Shown here one piece after another: positions 34,306-41,711 of a stretch of 51,714 nt of DNA. Numbering within the stretch: position 1 is the first letter of the stretch; the number at the start of each line of letters is the position of its first letter. A model generated the notes under the pieces. The model had not been told where the DNA came from. It worked only from the letters and a program-made list of their open reading frames with translations, and did no database searches. The stretch covers positions 1 to 51,714 of IMG/VR virus record IMGVR_UViG_3300021389_000035, one strand, 5' to 3'. The position numbers and the translations under genes are program-made. The DNA is from a virus.

Positions 34306-34596
34306 ATGATTCACGGTAGTATGCGACACTATGCAAATGGACGTAAGAAGAAGTACAATGCATGGACGACCAAGAAACGTGAACACACGTTTACTGAATA
34401 TACACCGGAACAACCTTATATACGTGAGACTCCGGTTTATAACTCTCTTGATACTGGTACGGGTAGTACATTAAAGAAAGAAAGAATGGTGTATACCGGA
34501 ACCTTGGTCAAGGGTATCAGTACTATGCACAAGTCTAATGCGGTACCGATTATCAACCAAGAAGAAGCCATAGAACATGCGAGGATGAGACGATGA
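34306..34596 (+). CDS. hypothetical basic protein
   Basis: 96-aa ORF. Confidence 0.5.
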   Translation: MIHGSMRHYANGRKKKYNAWTTKKREHTFTEYTPEQPYIRETPVYNSLDTGTGSTLKKERMVYTGTLVKGISTMHKSNAVPIINQEEAIEHARMRR

Positions 34597-34829
34597 GTGA
34601 ACGACTATTGACTTCTCTATGGAGAGAAGAACTGACTGACTGGGGTGACCATAAGACTCCGAACCATACCTACATTACCCGAGGTTCTCAGTTGATAGGG
34701 TATGTCAAACGTGGTACGACCGAGGTAATCGAGTTCAGTACACCCCTGAAGACTTGGGCAGTGACTCGCAGGAAGTTCCGCAAGTTATCCAAAAAAGAGA
34801 TAAGAACCTATCTTGATATAACAAAATGA
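34593..34829 (+). CDS. hypothetical protein
   Basis: 78-aa ORF with an ATGA overlap. Confidence 0.5.
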   Translation: MSERLLTSLWREELTDWGDHKTPNHTYITRGSQLIGYVKRGTTEVIEFSTPLKTWAVTRRKFRKLSKKEIRTYLDITK

Positions 34830-34852
34830 TCTAAAAATAAGTGAAATAAATC

Positions 34853-34881
34853 TTGCATACTTGTTATTATTATGAGACAAT
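34853..34881 (+). promoter_or_regulatory. early promoter-leader cassette C (TTGCAT-N17-GACAAT, leader TATTGAGTTGAGAGGTGTTTGTTATG)
   Basis: Alignable with cassettes A, B and F through the start codon. Confidence 0.55.
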
Positions 34882-34911
34882 AGTACCCTATTGAGTTGAG
34901 AGGTGTTTGTT

Positions 34912-35151
34912 ATGTTTCCAGTTAAGTTGAATGATTTTCGTGATTATGTCCATATGTTCTACGGTAAGGACGGTATCTATGACCTTGGTTGTAGTATCCC
35001 TGATATCCAGTCTGCGATTATGGAATATATGACTAGTCTAGCAATGCACGCCCACCAAGAGAATTCTATGACTTGGGGTGACGGTGACAGTCTTGACCGT
35101 GAACGTGTTCGTGCGATTTTAGAGTCTAATGGTTTCGAGGAGATTAAATAA
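34912..35151 (+). CDS. hypothetical protein
   Basis: ATG 34912 sits in the same position relative to the leader as in cassette A. The track start is GTG 34903. Confidence 0.55.
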   Translation: MFPVKLNDFRDYVHMFYGKDGIYDLGCSIPDIQSAIMEYMTSLAMHAHQENSMTWGDGDSLDRERVRAILESNGFEEIK

Positions 35152-35564
35152 TGTATGTTTTTATCGAAGGTCGTCATAAGAATAAAGCGGTTGTTGAAAA
35201 ATATGTCGATAACCTATGTCGTGCATTGCAGATCAATCGTCTTCAACGTCTATTGACCATTCGATTCAAAGGAACATTAGAAGGTTCTGCCCAAGGTCTG
35301 TGTCACGGTGAACATGACTATGCTGAGATTGAGATTGGTACCAAAGGTCAGACCTTTATGCGTCAGATGCAAGCACTTGCTCACGAGATGGTTCATGCGA
35401 AACAATTCTTGCGTGGAGAATTATCCTCGACCGGTGTTTGGAAGTGGAAAGGTCGTAAGGCAGAGAATTACGAATACCTTAACCAACCTTGGGAAAAGGA
35501 AGCCTACAAGATGGAACGTGATCTGTTCTTGGACTTCTTCCCATTCGATATGGAAGTGAAATGA
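35151..35564 (+). CDS. HExxH zinc-metallopeptidase-like protein (SprT/ImmA-like)
   Basis: 137 aa. ALAHEMVHAKQ (HExxH) and a downstream PWEKEAY. Confidence 0.45.
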   Translation: MYVFIEGRHKNKAVVEKYVDNLCRALQINRLQRLLTIRFKGTLEGSAQGLCHGEHDYAEIEIGTKGQTFMRQMQALAHEMVHAKQFLRGELSSTGVWKWKGRKAENYEYLNQPWEKEAYKMERDLFLDFFPFDMEVK

Positions 35565-35758
35565 TACGTTTTGTTTTTCTCTCGATTAGTTTCTTGATAC
35601 TAGTTCACGCAGTAAGTTTACGGCTTGAATTTGGTGATGCGGGATTTTGGTCTTTGGCGACTATTCCCGCATTGGGATATATTCTCCTATTTTTATCTGA
35701 CATATGGAAATATATACATAGTTATGAAACAACAAAGAGGAGACGTGACACAAAATGA
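35561..35758 (+). CDS. small two-TM membrane protein
   Basis: 65 aa. Two hydrophobic helices (FVFLSISFLILVHAV and WSLATIPALGYILLFL). ATGA overlap. Confidence 0.5.
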   Translation: MIRFVFLSISFLILVHAVSLRLEFGDAGFWSLATIPALGYILLFLSDIWKYIHSYETTKRRRDTK

Positions 35759-36120
35759 AAGCACTACTATTGATCGGTGCCCTTGCGGTAACCGGATGTT
35801 CAACCATATCTAACACTAGTTTCTATGATGATAATGAAAGTAAGGCAGTAGTTGATGTCTGGGTATCAGTTCAGAATTTAGATTGTTCATCTGAACTAGC
35901 GCCACTACAGGTCGATGACATTGTACAATCCAAACAATGGTTAAAGACTTATTCAACTGGGAAGGGATCTAAAGATGTCCTTGAGATGGTCAGTATCTTC
36001 GAGAAGAGTCTCGATGGACTATCCGGAAGAGAATTTGGAGAGACCTACTGTAACTTAAAAAAGAAGACATTAATAAACCAGTCCGAGAAAATGACTAAAG
36101 CAATGATGAGGAGATTTTAA
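35755..36120 (+). CDS. lipoprotein
   Basis: MKALLLIGALAVTGC/S carries a lipobox (V-T-G-C). 121 aa. ATGA overlap with the upstream membrane protein. Confidence 0.65.
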   Translation: MKALLLIGALAVTGCSTISNTSFYDDNESKAVVDVWVSVQNLDCSSELAPLQVDDIVQSKQWLKTYSTGKGSKDVLEMVSIFEKSLDGLSGREFGETYCNLKKKTLINQSEKMTKAMMRRF

Positions 36121-36299
36121 TGGAAAGCTATGATCAAAGAATTAAAGACATCCAATTGTTAGACGAACTGTCTACCGATGAGAAACGTGAACTATTAGAA
36201 GATCTCAGATTAGAGATTGAGATGGATGATGCTGTAAGTGATATGGAAACCAAAGCTACCCTATTGAAGACAGTTAATCTGTTGATGAAAGTTATTTAA
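36120..36299 (+). CDS. small acidic hypothetical protein (59 aa)
   Basis: TAATG overlap. One residue below the track cutoff; translated by hand. Confidence 0.4.
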   Translation: MESYDQRIKDIQLLDELSTDEKRELLEDLRLEIEMDDAVSDMETKATLLKTVNLLMKVI

Positions 36300-36318
36300 C
36301 TTTTTTTGAAAAAAAGTG

Positions 36319-36347
36319 TTGCCAACTTGTTCTGAATATGAGATAAT
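36319..36347 (+). promoter_or_regulatory. early promoter-leader cassette D (TTGCCA-N17-GATAAT)
   Basis: Shares AAAAAGTGTTGCCA with the 14839 promoter, and TATGAGATAAT plus GAATTGAGTT with the cassette family. Confidence 0.55.
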
Positions 36348-36361
36348 GTCCTTGTTGAATT

Positions 36362-36386
36362 GAGTTAACCTTTTAAATAGAGAGTA
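36362..36386 (+). repeat. 25-bp direct repeat copy 1 (GAGTTAACCTTTTAAATAGAGAGTA), contains the ribosome-binding region
   Basis: Identical to 36593..36617. Confidence 0.8.
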
Positions 36387-36389
36387 ACT

Positions 36390-36593
36390 ATGTTTGGATG
36401 TAGATTAGATAGATTCGTTATTGCTGGTCAGGATGGCAAGCCAATGCCCGAAACAGATGATGAGCTCGAAGTAAGAGCTTACCAAATAGGCAGAGCGCAG
36501 GCAGGAATAGCGCCCCTGAAAGTAATAACGGAAACAAAAGTAGAACAGCGCCCGCGAGAGTCGTGGAAAACATTGGGAATTGTTGGCGCATAG
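36390..36593 (+). CDS. small hypothetical protein with atypical codon usage (67 aa)
   Basis: ORF bracketed by the 25-bp direct repeats. Uses ata, aga, gga, ccc and gcg codons that are uncommon in neighbouring genes. Confidence 0.4.
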   Translation: MFGCRLDRFVIAGQDGKPMPETDDELEVRAYQIGRAQAGIAPLKVITETKVEQRPRESWKTLGIVGA

Positions 36594-36617
36594 AGTTAAC
36601 CTTTTAAATAGAGAGTA
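36593..36617 (+). repeat. 25-bp direct repeat copy 2
   Basis: Identical to 36362..36386. Lies immediately upstream of the DUF932-like gene. Confidence 0.8.
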
Positions 36618-36623
36618 TATATT

Positions 36624-37589
36624 ATGAGTATGAATGACATTTTACAAATCGAGACTACTGCTTCTGTTGGTTCTTCGCCATGGGGTATCGGTGAGATTGT
36701 TTCTGGTGACCTGACTCCACGTCAAATGATGGAGAAGGCAGGTTGTAACTGGTCGGTAGAAAAGGTTCCTACCTATGCCGACTATAAAGGTGACAAGATC
36801 CCTACCGGTATGGAAGCTCTTGTTCGTTCTTCGGACAATAAAGTTCTCACCCAAGTTGGTGGTAACTGGGAACCTTGTCAGAACGAGACTGCGTTTGAGT
36901 TCTTCAACGAATACTGCCTCGAAGGTGGTATGCAGATGGACACTGCCGGTTCTCTGAAAGGCGGCAAGATGGTCTGGGCACTTGCCAAGGTCAATGAGTC
37001 TTTCGATGTGTTGAAGGGTGATCGAGTTGATTCCTATCTTCTTTTCTCCAACCCACACGAGTACGGTAAGTCAATCGACATCCGTTTCACTCCGATCCGT
37101 GTATCGTGCATGAACACTCTTGCGTATGCCCTGAAGGGTCGTGCGATCAATGGTGCGAAGATGAATCACCGCCGTGCGTTTGATGCGAATCACGTTAAGA
37201 CTACTCTTGGTCTTGCTCATGAGAAGTTCGAACAGTACAAAGAACTGTCTCAATTCCTTGCGGGTAAGCAGTTCAAGATGGAGAACTTGATTCAGTACTA
37301 CAATGAAGTATTCCCTCGTACTTACCAAGGTAAGAACCCACCACAGGTCAAAACGTATGCTGACTTAACCACTAATGGTCAGAAGGCATTCGATGTGTTG
37401 GAGACTCAGCCAGGTGCAGAGTTTGGTGTGGGTTCATGGTGGCAAGCACTGAACAGTGTAACCTACTTGACTGACCATGAGATGGGTCGTGAAGCAGATT
37501 CACGTATGACATCTGCATGGTTCGGTTCTAACCAAAACCGTAAACAACTTGCGGTATCAAAAGCAATCGAATTTGCGGAGGCTCTATAA
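36624..37589 (+). CDS. DUF932-family (phage/plasmid-like, TIGR03299-type) protein
   Basis: 321 aa. GCNWSVEKVP...ALVRSSDNKVLTQVGGNWEPCQNETAFEFF...GGKMVWALAK...LLFSNPHEYGKSI matches the recalled DUF932 layout. Confidence 0.6.
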   Translation: MSMNDILQIETTASVGSSPWGIGEIVSGDLTPRQMMEKAGCNWSVEKVPTYADYKGDKIPTGMEALVRSSDNKVLTQVGGNWEPCQNETAFEFFNEYCLEGGMQMDTAGSLKGGKMVWALAKVNESFDVLKGDRVDSYLLFSNPHEYGKSIDIRFTPIRVSCMNTLAYALKGRAINGAKMNHRRAFDANHVKTTLGLAHEKFEQYKELSQFLAGKQFKMENLIQYYNEVFPRTYQGKNPPQVKTYADLTTNGQKAFDVLETQPGAEFGVGSWWQALNSVTYLTDHEMGREADSRMTSAWFGSNQNRKQLAVSKAIEFAEAL

Positions 37590-38050
37590 TGTGTGGAGGT
37601 TACTCGGGAGAACATGAAGTGAAACTTATTCGTAACGCGCTACAAACGCCTGACGGCACAATCATCGAGTCAACGCATCGTCATGACTACGTGACTTATA
37701 CAGATGCCAATGGTAAAGAATACATGGTTGACGGTGGTTTAGATTATTTGAGACGGTCTATTCACGATGATCAGATTGACCTGAGTGAGTATGATGATGC
37801 GCCTCATGAACGACAACGTGAGTTACTTACGTGGGGAACATACGGTATCAATGGCGACCAACCATTGCAGTATAAGACTATCGCAGAAATGGAAACAGGA
37901 CACCTCGAAGCTGTAGTAAAAATGACTGGTATATGTCCAAGACGAAGAAAATGTATGCAAAAAGAATTGGAGTTACGCCTTCAAGAGCAAAAAGACCTTG
38001 ATTGTTATATTACAAGCTACATTATTCCTCCCGAAAAAGAGGTTAAGTAA
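37589..38050 (+). CDS. hypothetical protein
   Basis: 153-aa ORF with a TAATG overlap. Confidence 0.5.
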   Translation: MCGGYSGEHEVKLIRNALQTPDGTIIESTHRHDYVTYTDANGKEYMVDGGLDYLRRSIHDDQIDLSEYDDAPHERQRELLTWGTYGINGDQPLQYKTIAEMETGHLEAVVKMTGICPRRRKCMQKELELRLQEQKDLDCYITSYIIPPEKEVK

Positions 38051-38206
38051 ATGAAAATTGAAATAGAGTTAGACCACGAAAAAACTGATGAGATTGTTAT
38101 TGCGGATTTGCAACAACATATTGACAACTTAGAAGAAGAACACGATGCGGACAATGAAGAATATCTTCTGGCGTTTCGTTTAGTGTTGGATTGGTACGGA
38201 GGATAA
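38051..38206 (+). CDS. small acidic hypothetical protein (51 aa)
   Basis: Starts 1 nt after the upstream stop. C-terminal FRLVLDWYGG parallels FGLVLDYYGG of 33928..34152. Confidence 0.4.
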   Translation: MKIEIELDHEKTDEIVIADLQQHIDNLEEEHDADNEEYLLAFRLVLDWYGG

Positions 38207-38209
38207 GTA

Positions 38210-38497
38210 ATGAAACGTAAAGATCCTATATTCGATCTGGAACAACATATCATGGAAGCATGGTCGGTTGTTGATGATATTGATATGATAACAACATACT
38301 TTGTAGATAGTCCGGATTGGGCTGGGCATCACTTCAGTGCTGAAGCAGAAGATGCGCTTATGAATAAATATTTCTCTGTCAAAGAACTGTATGCGTTAAA
38401 GTTCGAGAGATTGTTTCATACTTTCGAAAAGGTGTGTAAAGAGTATCATGTACGTGGAAAAAAACTATCGGAGTTTGTAGAAGATGCCGACTTATAG
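38210..38497 (+). CDS. hypothetical protein
   Basis: 95-aa ORF. Confidence 0.5.
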   Translation: MKRKDPIFDLEQHIMEAWSVVDDIDMITTYFVDSPDWAGHHFSAEAEDALMNKYFSVKELYALKFERLFHTFEKVCKEYHVRGKKLSEFVEDADL

Positions 38498-38678
38498 TTA
38501 CAAGTGTTCGAAGTGTGATGTCGTCACAGATGTCCGTATGAGTATGAGTGAAACTGAACGAGAGATGGAACTTCCGTGCACGGCCTGTGACGAAGATACT
38601 CAACAAATTAAAGTGATTACTCAGAGTGGTGGATTCCAACTCAAGGGTAATGGATGGTTTAATAAAGGTGGATATTAA
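38484..38678 (+). CDS. FmdB-family zinc-ribbon protein
   Basis: MPTYSYKCSKCDVVTD...CTACDE follows the MPxYxYxCxxC...CxxC pattern of the CxxC_CxxC_SSSS family. Confidence 0.65.
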   Translation: MPTYSYKCSKCDVVTDVRMSMSETEREMELPCTACDEDTQQIKVITQSGGFQLKGNGWFNKGGY

Positions 38679-38680
38679 TT

Positions 38681-38959
38681 ATGACAATGCCAAATGAAAG
38701 ACGTAATGCTGTTAACCGTACTCGTATATTCTTACTTGACTTAATGGATCCTAAGAAGACACCACGTGTACCAAAATCCATAAGAAAAGAAGCGGCAAGT
38801 TGTTTGAGACATTATCCAGGCGAATACTATATGCTATTAGCTTCGGAACAGGCACCAGAAGTATTTGGTGAATGGAATAGTGGATGGCCAGAGAGTGACC
38901 CCGTTATGGCGGTAATAGACAAAGTTTTTGAAGAACACGGTAAGCAAAACGATGAGTGA
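38681..38959 (+). CDS. hypothetical protein
   Basis: 92-aa ORF. Confidence 0.5.
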   Translation: MTMPNERRNAVNRTRIFLLDLMDPKKTPRVPKSIRKEAASCLRHYPGEYYMLLASEQAPEVFGEWNSGWPESDPVMAVIDKVFEEHGKQNDE

Positions 38960-39272
38960 TTATAGACCAGACAACTGGGTCGTGTTGAAAATAACTTATA
39001 GTGAAGAAACATTATATAAGGTACTCGGTGGTTGGAGTGGTGGGTATCTTGATGGTGACTCTTGGCGCATGAACAGTGGTATCAACTTAGCATTTGAACA
39101 CAAAGAACATATAGACTTCTATGGTCATTCGGGTAGTTGTTATCACTGTCATAGAAAAAGTTACGGATTGCGTATGAATAACGCTGGCGTGTATAATCAA
39201 ATTAAAGAACGCTTTGGTGATAAAGTAGAGTTGATGCCTGAAGACACAAATTGGATGGAGATTGAGTGGTGA
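38952..39272 (+). CDS. hypothetical protein
   Basis: ATG 38952 overlaps the upstream stop as ATGAGTGA. The track start is 38928. Confidence 0.5.
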   Translation: MSDYRPDNWVVLKITYSEETLYKVLGGWSGGYLDGDSWRMNSGINLAFEHKEHIDFYGHSGSCYHCHRKSYGLRMNNAGVYNQIKERFGDKVELMPEDTNWMEIEW

Positions 39273-39276
39273 GGAA

Positions 39277-39603
39277 ATGAAAACTTACACTGTACTAGCG
39301 AATCGTTGGGGTGATGCTGAAAAACATACCTATTTTGTTGGCGTGTATGATGATGTTGTTCGTGCGTATCGTGCGGCAATCTCTGAAGAGTGCTGGCGTG
39401 GTGGTAAGTATGAATGTGTCGTACACGAAAGCGAACTCAATGCCGAGAACTTCTGTGACTTTCACGGCGAAAGTATAGAAGAATGGTGTGAGAAACAGTA
39501 TTTCCCCGAAGGTCATTATGCGTTAGACGTTATGACTCGAGTCAATCAACATTATGATTTGTATAACATTACAGCGGGTGAAAACCCATTGGTGAAGAAA
39601 TGA
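39277..39603 (+). CDS. hypothetical protein
   Basis: ATG 39277 follows GGTGAGG. The track start is TTG 39262. Confidence 0.5.
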   Translation: MKTYTVLANRWGDAEKHTYFVGVYDDVVRAYRAAISEECWRGGKYECVVHESELNAENFCDFHGESIEEWCEKQYFPEGHYALDVMTRVNQHYDLYNITAGENPLVKK

Positions 39604-39818
39604 GTATTCGAGTAAATAAAAGACAAGTAGTATCTGGTGAACTGAAACCGTATTGCGCTTTCAGTGGTATTCACGATTACATGGAAGTCACTCAGTGGAC
39701 AAATGGCGAAGGGTTCGATATTAACATTGATCGTGATCAAAGACCTGAAAAGTTCAGTCTCACACACGGCGAGTTTGAGTTGTTACAAGTGTTGATGAAT
39801 TACAAGGCGAGTGAGTAA
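39600..39818 (+). CDS. hypothetical protein
   Basis: 72-aa ORF with an ATGA overlap. Confidence 0.5.
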   Translation: MSIRVNKRQVVSGELKPYCAFSGIHDYMEVTQWTNGEGFDINIDRDQRPEKFSLTHGEFELLQVLMNYKASE

Positions 39819-39854
39819 AGAGACTTAAAGTTAAACTCTGGTCACCTTTTGTTG

Positions 39855-39883
39855 TGTACATTGCCAAAAACATGTAGTATAAT
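39855..39883 (+). promoter_or_regulatory. early promoter-leader cassette E (weak -35 TGTACA, N17, TATAAT; leader TATTGAATTGAGAGAG)
   Basis: Perfect -10 at 39878-39883. The leader is alignable with the cassette family. Confidence 0.45.
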
Positions 39884-39914
39884 AGTACCTTATTGAATTG
39901 AGAGAGATTATATT

Positions 39915-40310
39915 ATGACAGATAAAGAAATACTAAACTTTGTAAGAGAGAATCTAACACTAGAGAAAGACGATAACGGCAGTTACAAAATAAAAGAAAT
40001 ACTCTGCCCCGTTTATGGCGATGTTGTTAATGATATTCATGGCCATGTTCTCGGCAACGTTTCTGGCAACGTTGGAGATATTAAAGGTAGTGTCTGGGGC
40101 AATGTTGAGGGCAGTGTTCGTGGCGATGTTGTTAACCATGTTTTTGGCGATGTTCGTGGCGATGTTCGTGGCAATGTCTGTGGGGATGTTAGAGGAAATG
40201 TCCATGGCGATGTTAAAGCGAGAGGCGATGTTCATGGAGTTAGTTATCGCTCTGCTATCGACACTGATGTCGGTACCACGAATAACTTACAGGAGAGGGA
40301 CTTGAAATGA
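39915..40310 (+). CDS. G-[DN]-V-x tetrapeptide-repeat protein (paralog 1)
   Basis: 131 aa. An approximately 40-aa N-terminal module, then about 15 tetrads (GDVR GDVR GNVC GDVR GNVH ...). Confidence 0.6.
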   Translation: MTDKEILNFVRENLTLEKDDNGSYKIKEILCPVYGDVVNDIHGHVLGNVSGNVGDIKGSVWGNVEGSVRGDVVNHVFGDVRGDVRGNVCGDVRGNVHGDVKARGDVHGVSYRSAIDTDVGTTNNLQERDLK

Positions 40311-40576
40311 ATATAACAGACGAAGAAATACTAGACTTTGTAAGAGAGAATCTAACACTAGATAAAGATGAGAACGGTAGTTACAAACTAAAAGAAATAC
40401 TCTGTCCCGTTTATGGCGATGTTGTTGGCGATGTTAAAGGCACTGTTTTTGGCGATGTTAAAGGCACTGTTTTAGGCGATGTTAAAGGCACTGTTTTAGG
40501 CGATGTTAGAGGTGACGTTAAAGGCAATGTTCGTGGCAAGGTTTTAGGTAGGGTTTATGGTGAGGTACGTAAATAA
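40307..40576 (+). CDS. G-[DT]-V-x tetrapeptide-repeat protein (paralog 2)
   Basis: 89 aa. Same N-terminal module, then about 13 tetrads (GDVK GTVF GDVK GTVL ...). Confidence 0.6.
   Translation: MNITDEEILDFVRENLTLDKDENGSYKLKEILCPVYGDVVGDVKGTVFGDVKGTVLGDVKGTVLGDVRGDVKGNVRGKVLGRVYGEVRK
40427..40498 (+). repeat. 3 x 24-bp near-perfect tandem repeat (GGCGATGTTAAAGGCACTGTTTT[T/A])
   Basis: Units at 40427-40450, 40451-40474 and 40475-40498, with one mismatch. In frame within the CDS. A degenerate 12-bp periodicity spans about 40013-40560. Confidence 0.9.
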
Positions 40577-40743
40577 TGTTTAAATCTTTACATGTTGAAT
40601 CATTTGGTGTACCGGAACATGATAAGTTCATTGATGAATTCAAAAAGGAACTACATCTTCGGATCAATGACGATATCGAACAATCACTTCATGACGAGTT
40701 GGTCAAACTTGGCTGGACTCCTCCTAAGAAAGAGAATGAGTAG
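40576..40743 (+). CDS. small hypothetical protein (55 aa)
   Basis: TAATG overlap upstream, and its stop overlaps the next GTG start. Below the track cutoff. Confidence 0.4.
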   Translation: MFKSLHVESFGVPEHDKFIDEFKKELHLRINDDIEQSLHDELVKLGWTPPKKENE

Positions 40744-40967
40744 TGAGATATAGAATCGTTGAGAAAGAGAATTGTTATGGCCAATCCATGTTTTATGTTC
40801 AAGAGAAGGGTTTGTTGTGGGGGTGGAACTATGTTATGGATCTCCATGACATGATAATCACTTTTAGAACTGAAGAGTTTGCTTTGAAAACTATCAAAGA
40901 ATGGAATGGTTACAAATACAATAAGATCGTAAACATTACAGAGGTGTCGAATGAAAGACCGGATTAA
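40743..40967 (+). CDS. hypothetical protein
   Basis: 74-aa ORF with a GTG start. Confidence 0.45.
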   Translation: MRYRIVEKENCYGQSMFYVQEKGLLWGWNYVMDLHDMIITFRTEEFALKTIKEWNGYKYNKIVNITEVSNERPD

Positions 40968-41136
40968 AGAACTTGCTGTAGAGTCAAGAGATAGTTGGGG
41001 ATACGAAAATTGGGAAAGGTTCGCTGAGTTGATTATTCAGGAATGTGCAGAGGTGGCATCAAGAGCAGATGATGTTAACGAGGATTATCCAGCATGGTAT
41101 TTGATCGAGAAACATTTCGAAGTTAGGAGTAAATAG
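40951..41136 (+). CDS. hypothetical protein, tandem duplicate copy 1
   Basis: 61 aa, MKDRIKELAVESR...FAELIIQECAEVAS...WYLIEKHFEV. GAGGTG lies upstream. Confidence 0.5.
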   Translation: MKDRIKELAVESRDSWGYENWERFAELIIQECAEVASRADDVNEDYPAWYLIEKHFEVRSK

Positions 41137-41138
41137 CT

Positions 41139-41330
41139 ATGAAAGACCGGATTAAAGAACTTGCTATAGAGTCAAGAGGTAGTTCGGGATACGGCAAACC
41201 TTTCCCATGGCGAAGGTTCGCCGAGTTGATTATTCAGGAATGTGCAGAGGTGGCATCAGGAGCAGATGATGTTAACGAGGATTATTCCGGATGGTATTTG
41301 ATTGAGAAACATTTCGAAGTGGAAGAGTAA
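41139..41330 (+). CDS. hypothetical protein, tandem duplicate copy 2
   Basis: 63 aa. Near-identical to copy 1 at DNA level apart from a short divergent or indel patch. Confidence 0.5.
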   Translation: MKDRIKELAIESRGSSGYGKPFPWRRFAELIIQECAEVASGADDVNEDYSGWYLIEKHFEVEE

Positions 41331-41711
41331 ATGATAACGTATAGTACAAACTTCATGGGCCCAATCTCAATAGAATGGTATCGTAAACGTGGATTGACAC
41401 ATAAAGTCAGCAAAGTTCTCGAATATGGCAGAAGGTTTTATCCAAAAGGCTTAGGGCCAGGTGATGTGTGGGAATATGATGAGATCACTACACATTATTG
41501 CTGTGGACGTATCGACATTCGTGGTTTAGACGAAGAAGAAAACTACGGTGGGTGGGGCGAGTATGGTGTTGCTCCTATGCGCACCGAAGACTGGAATGCG
41601 CTTAGTGATTGGTTGGATGAGTTGGAAACTTACGAGCTGACTACATACGAAGAACTGATCGATCAATTCGAGCATTACAACGGGAAATCGATAAGATGGG
41701 CAGATGAGTAA
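41331..41711 (+). CDS. hypothetical protein
   Basis: 126-aa ORF starting right after the upstream stop. Confidence 0.5.
   Translation: MITYSTNFMGPISIEWYRKRGLTHKVSKVLEYGRRFYPKGLGPGDVWEYDEITTHYCCGRIDIRGLDEEENYGGWGEYGVAPMRTEDWNALSDWLDELETYELTTYEELIDQFEHYNGKSIRWADE

Noticed and set aside
39960-40305. Alternative-frame ORFs 40015..40305 (+) and 39960..40235 (-) in the repeat region
   Set aside because: The 12/24-bp periodic DNA keeps several frames open. Only the G-D-V-x frame is connected to a cassette-type leader and start codon, and to a conserved N-terminal module.
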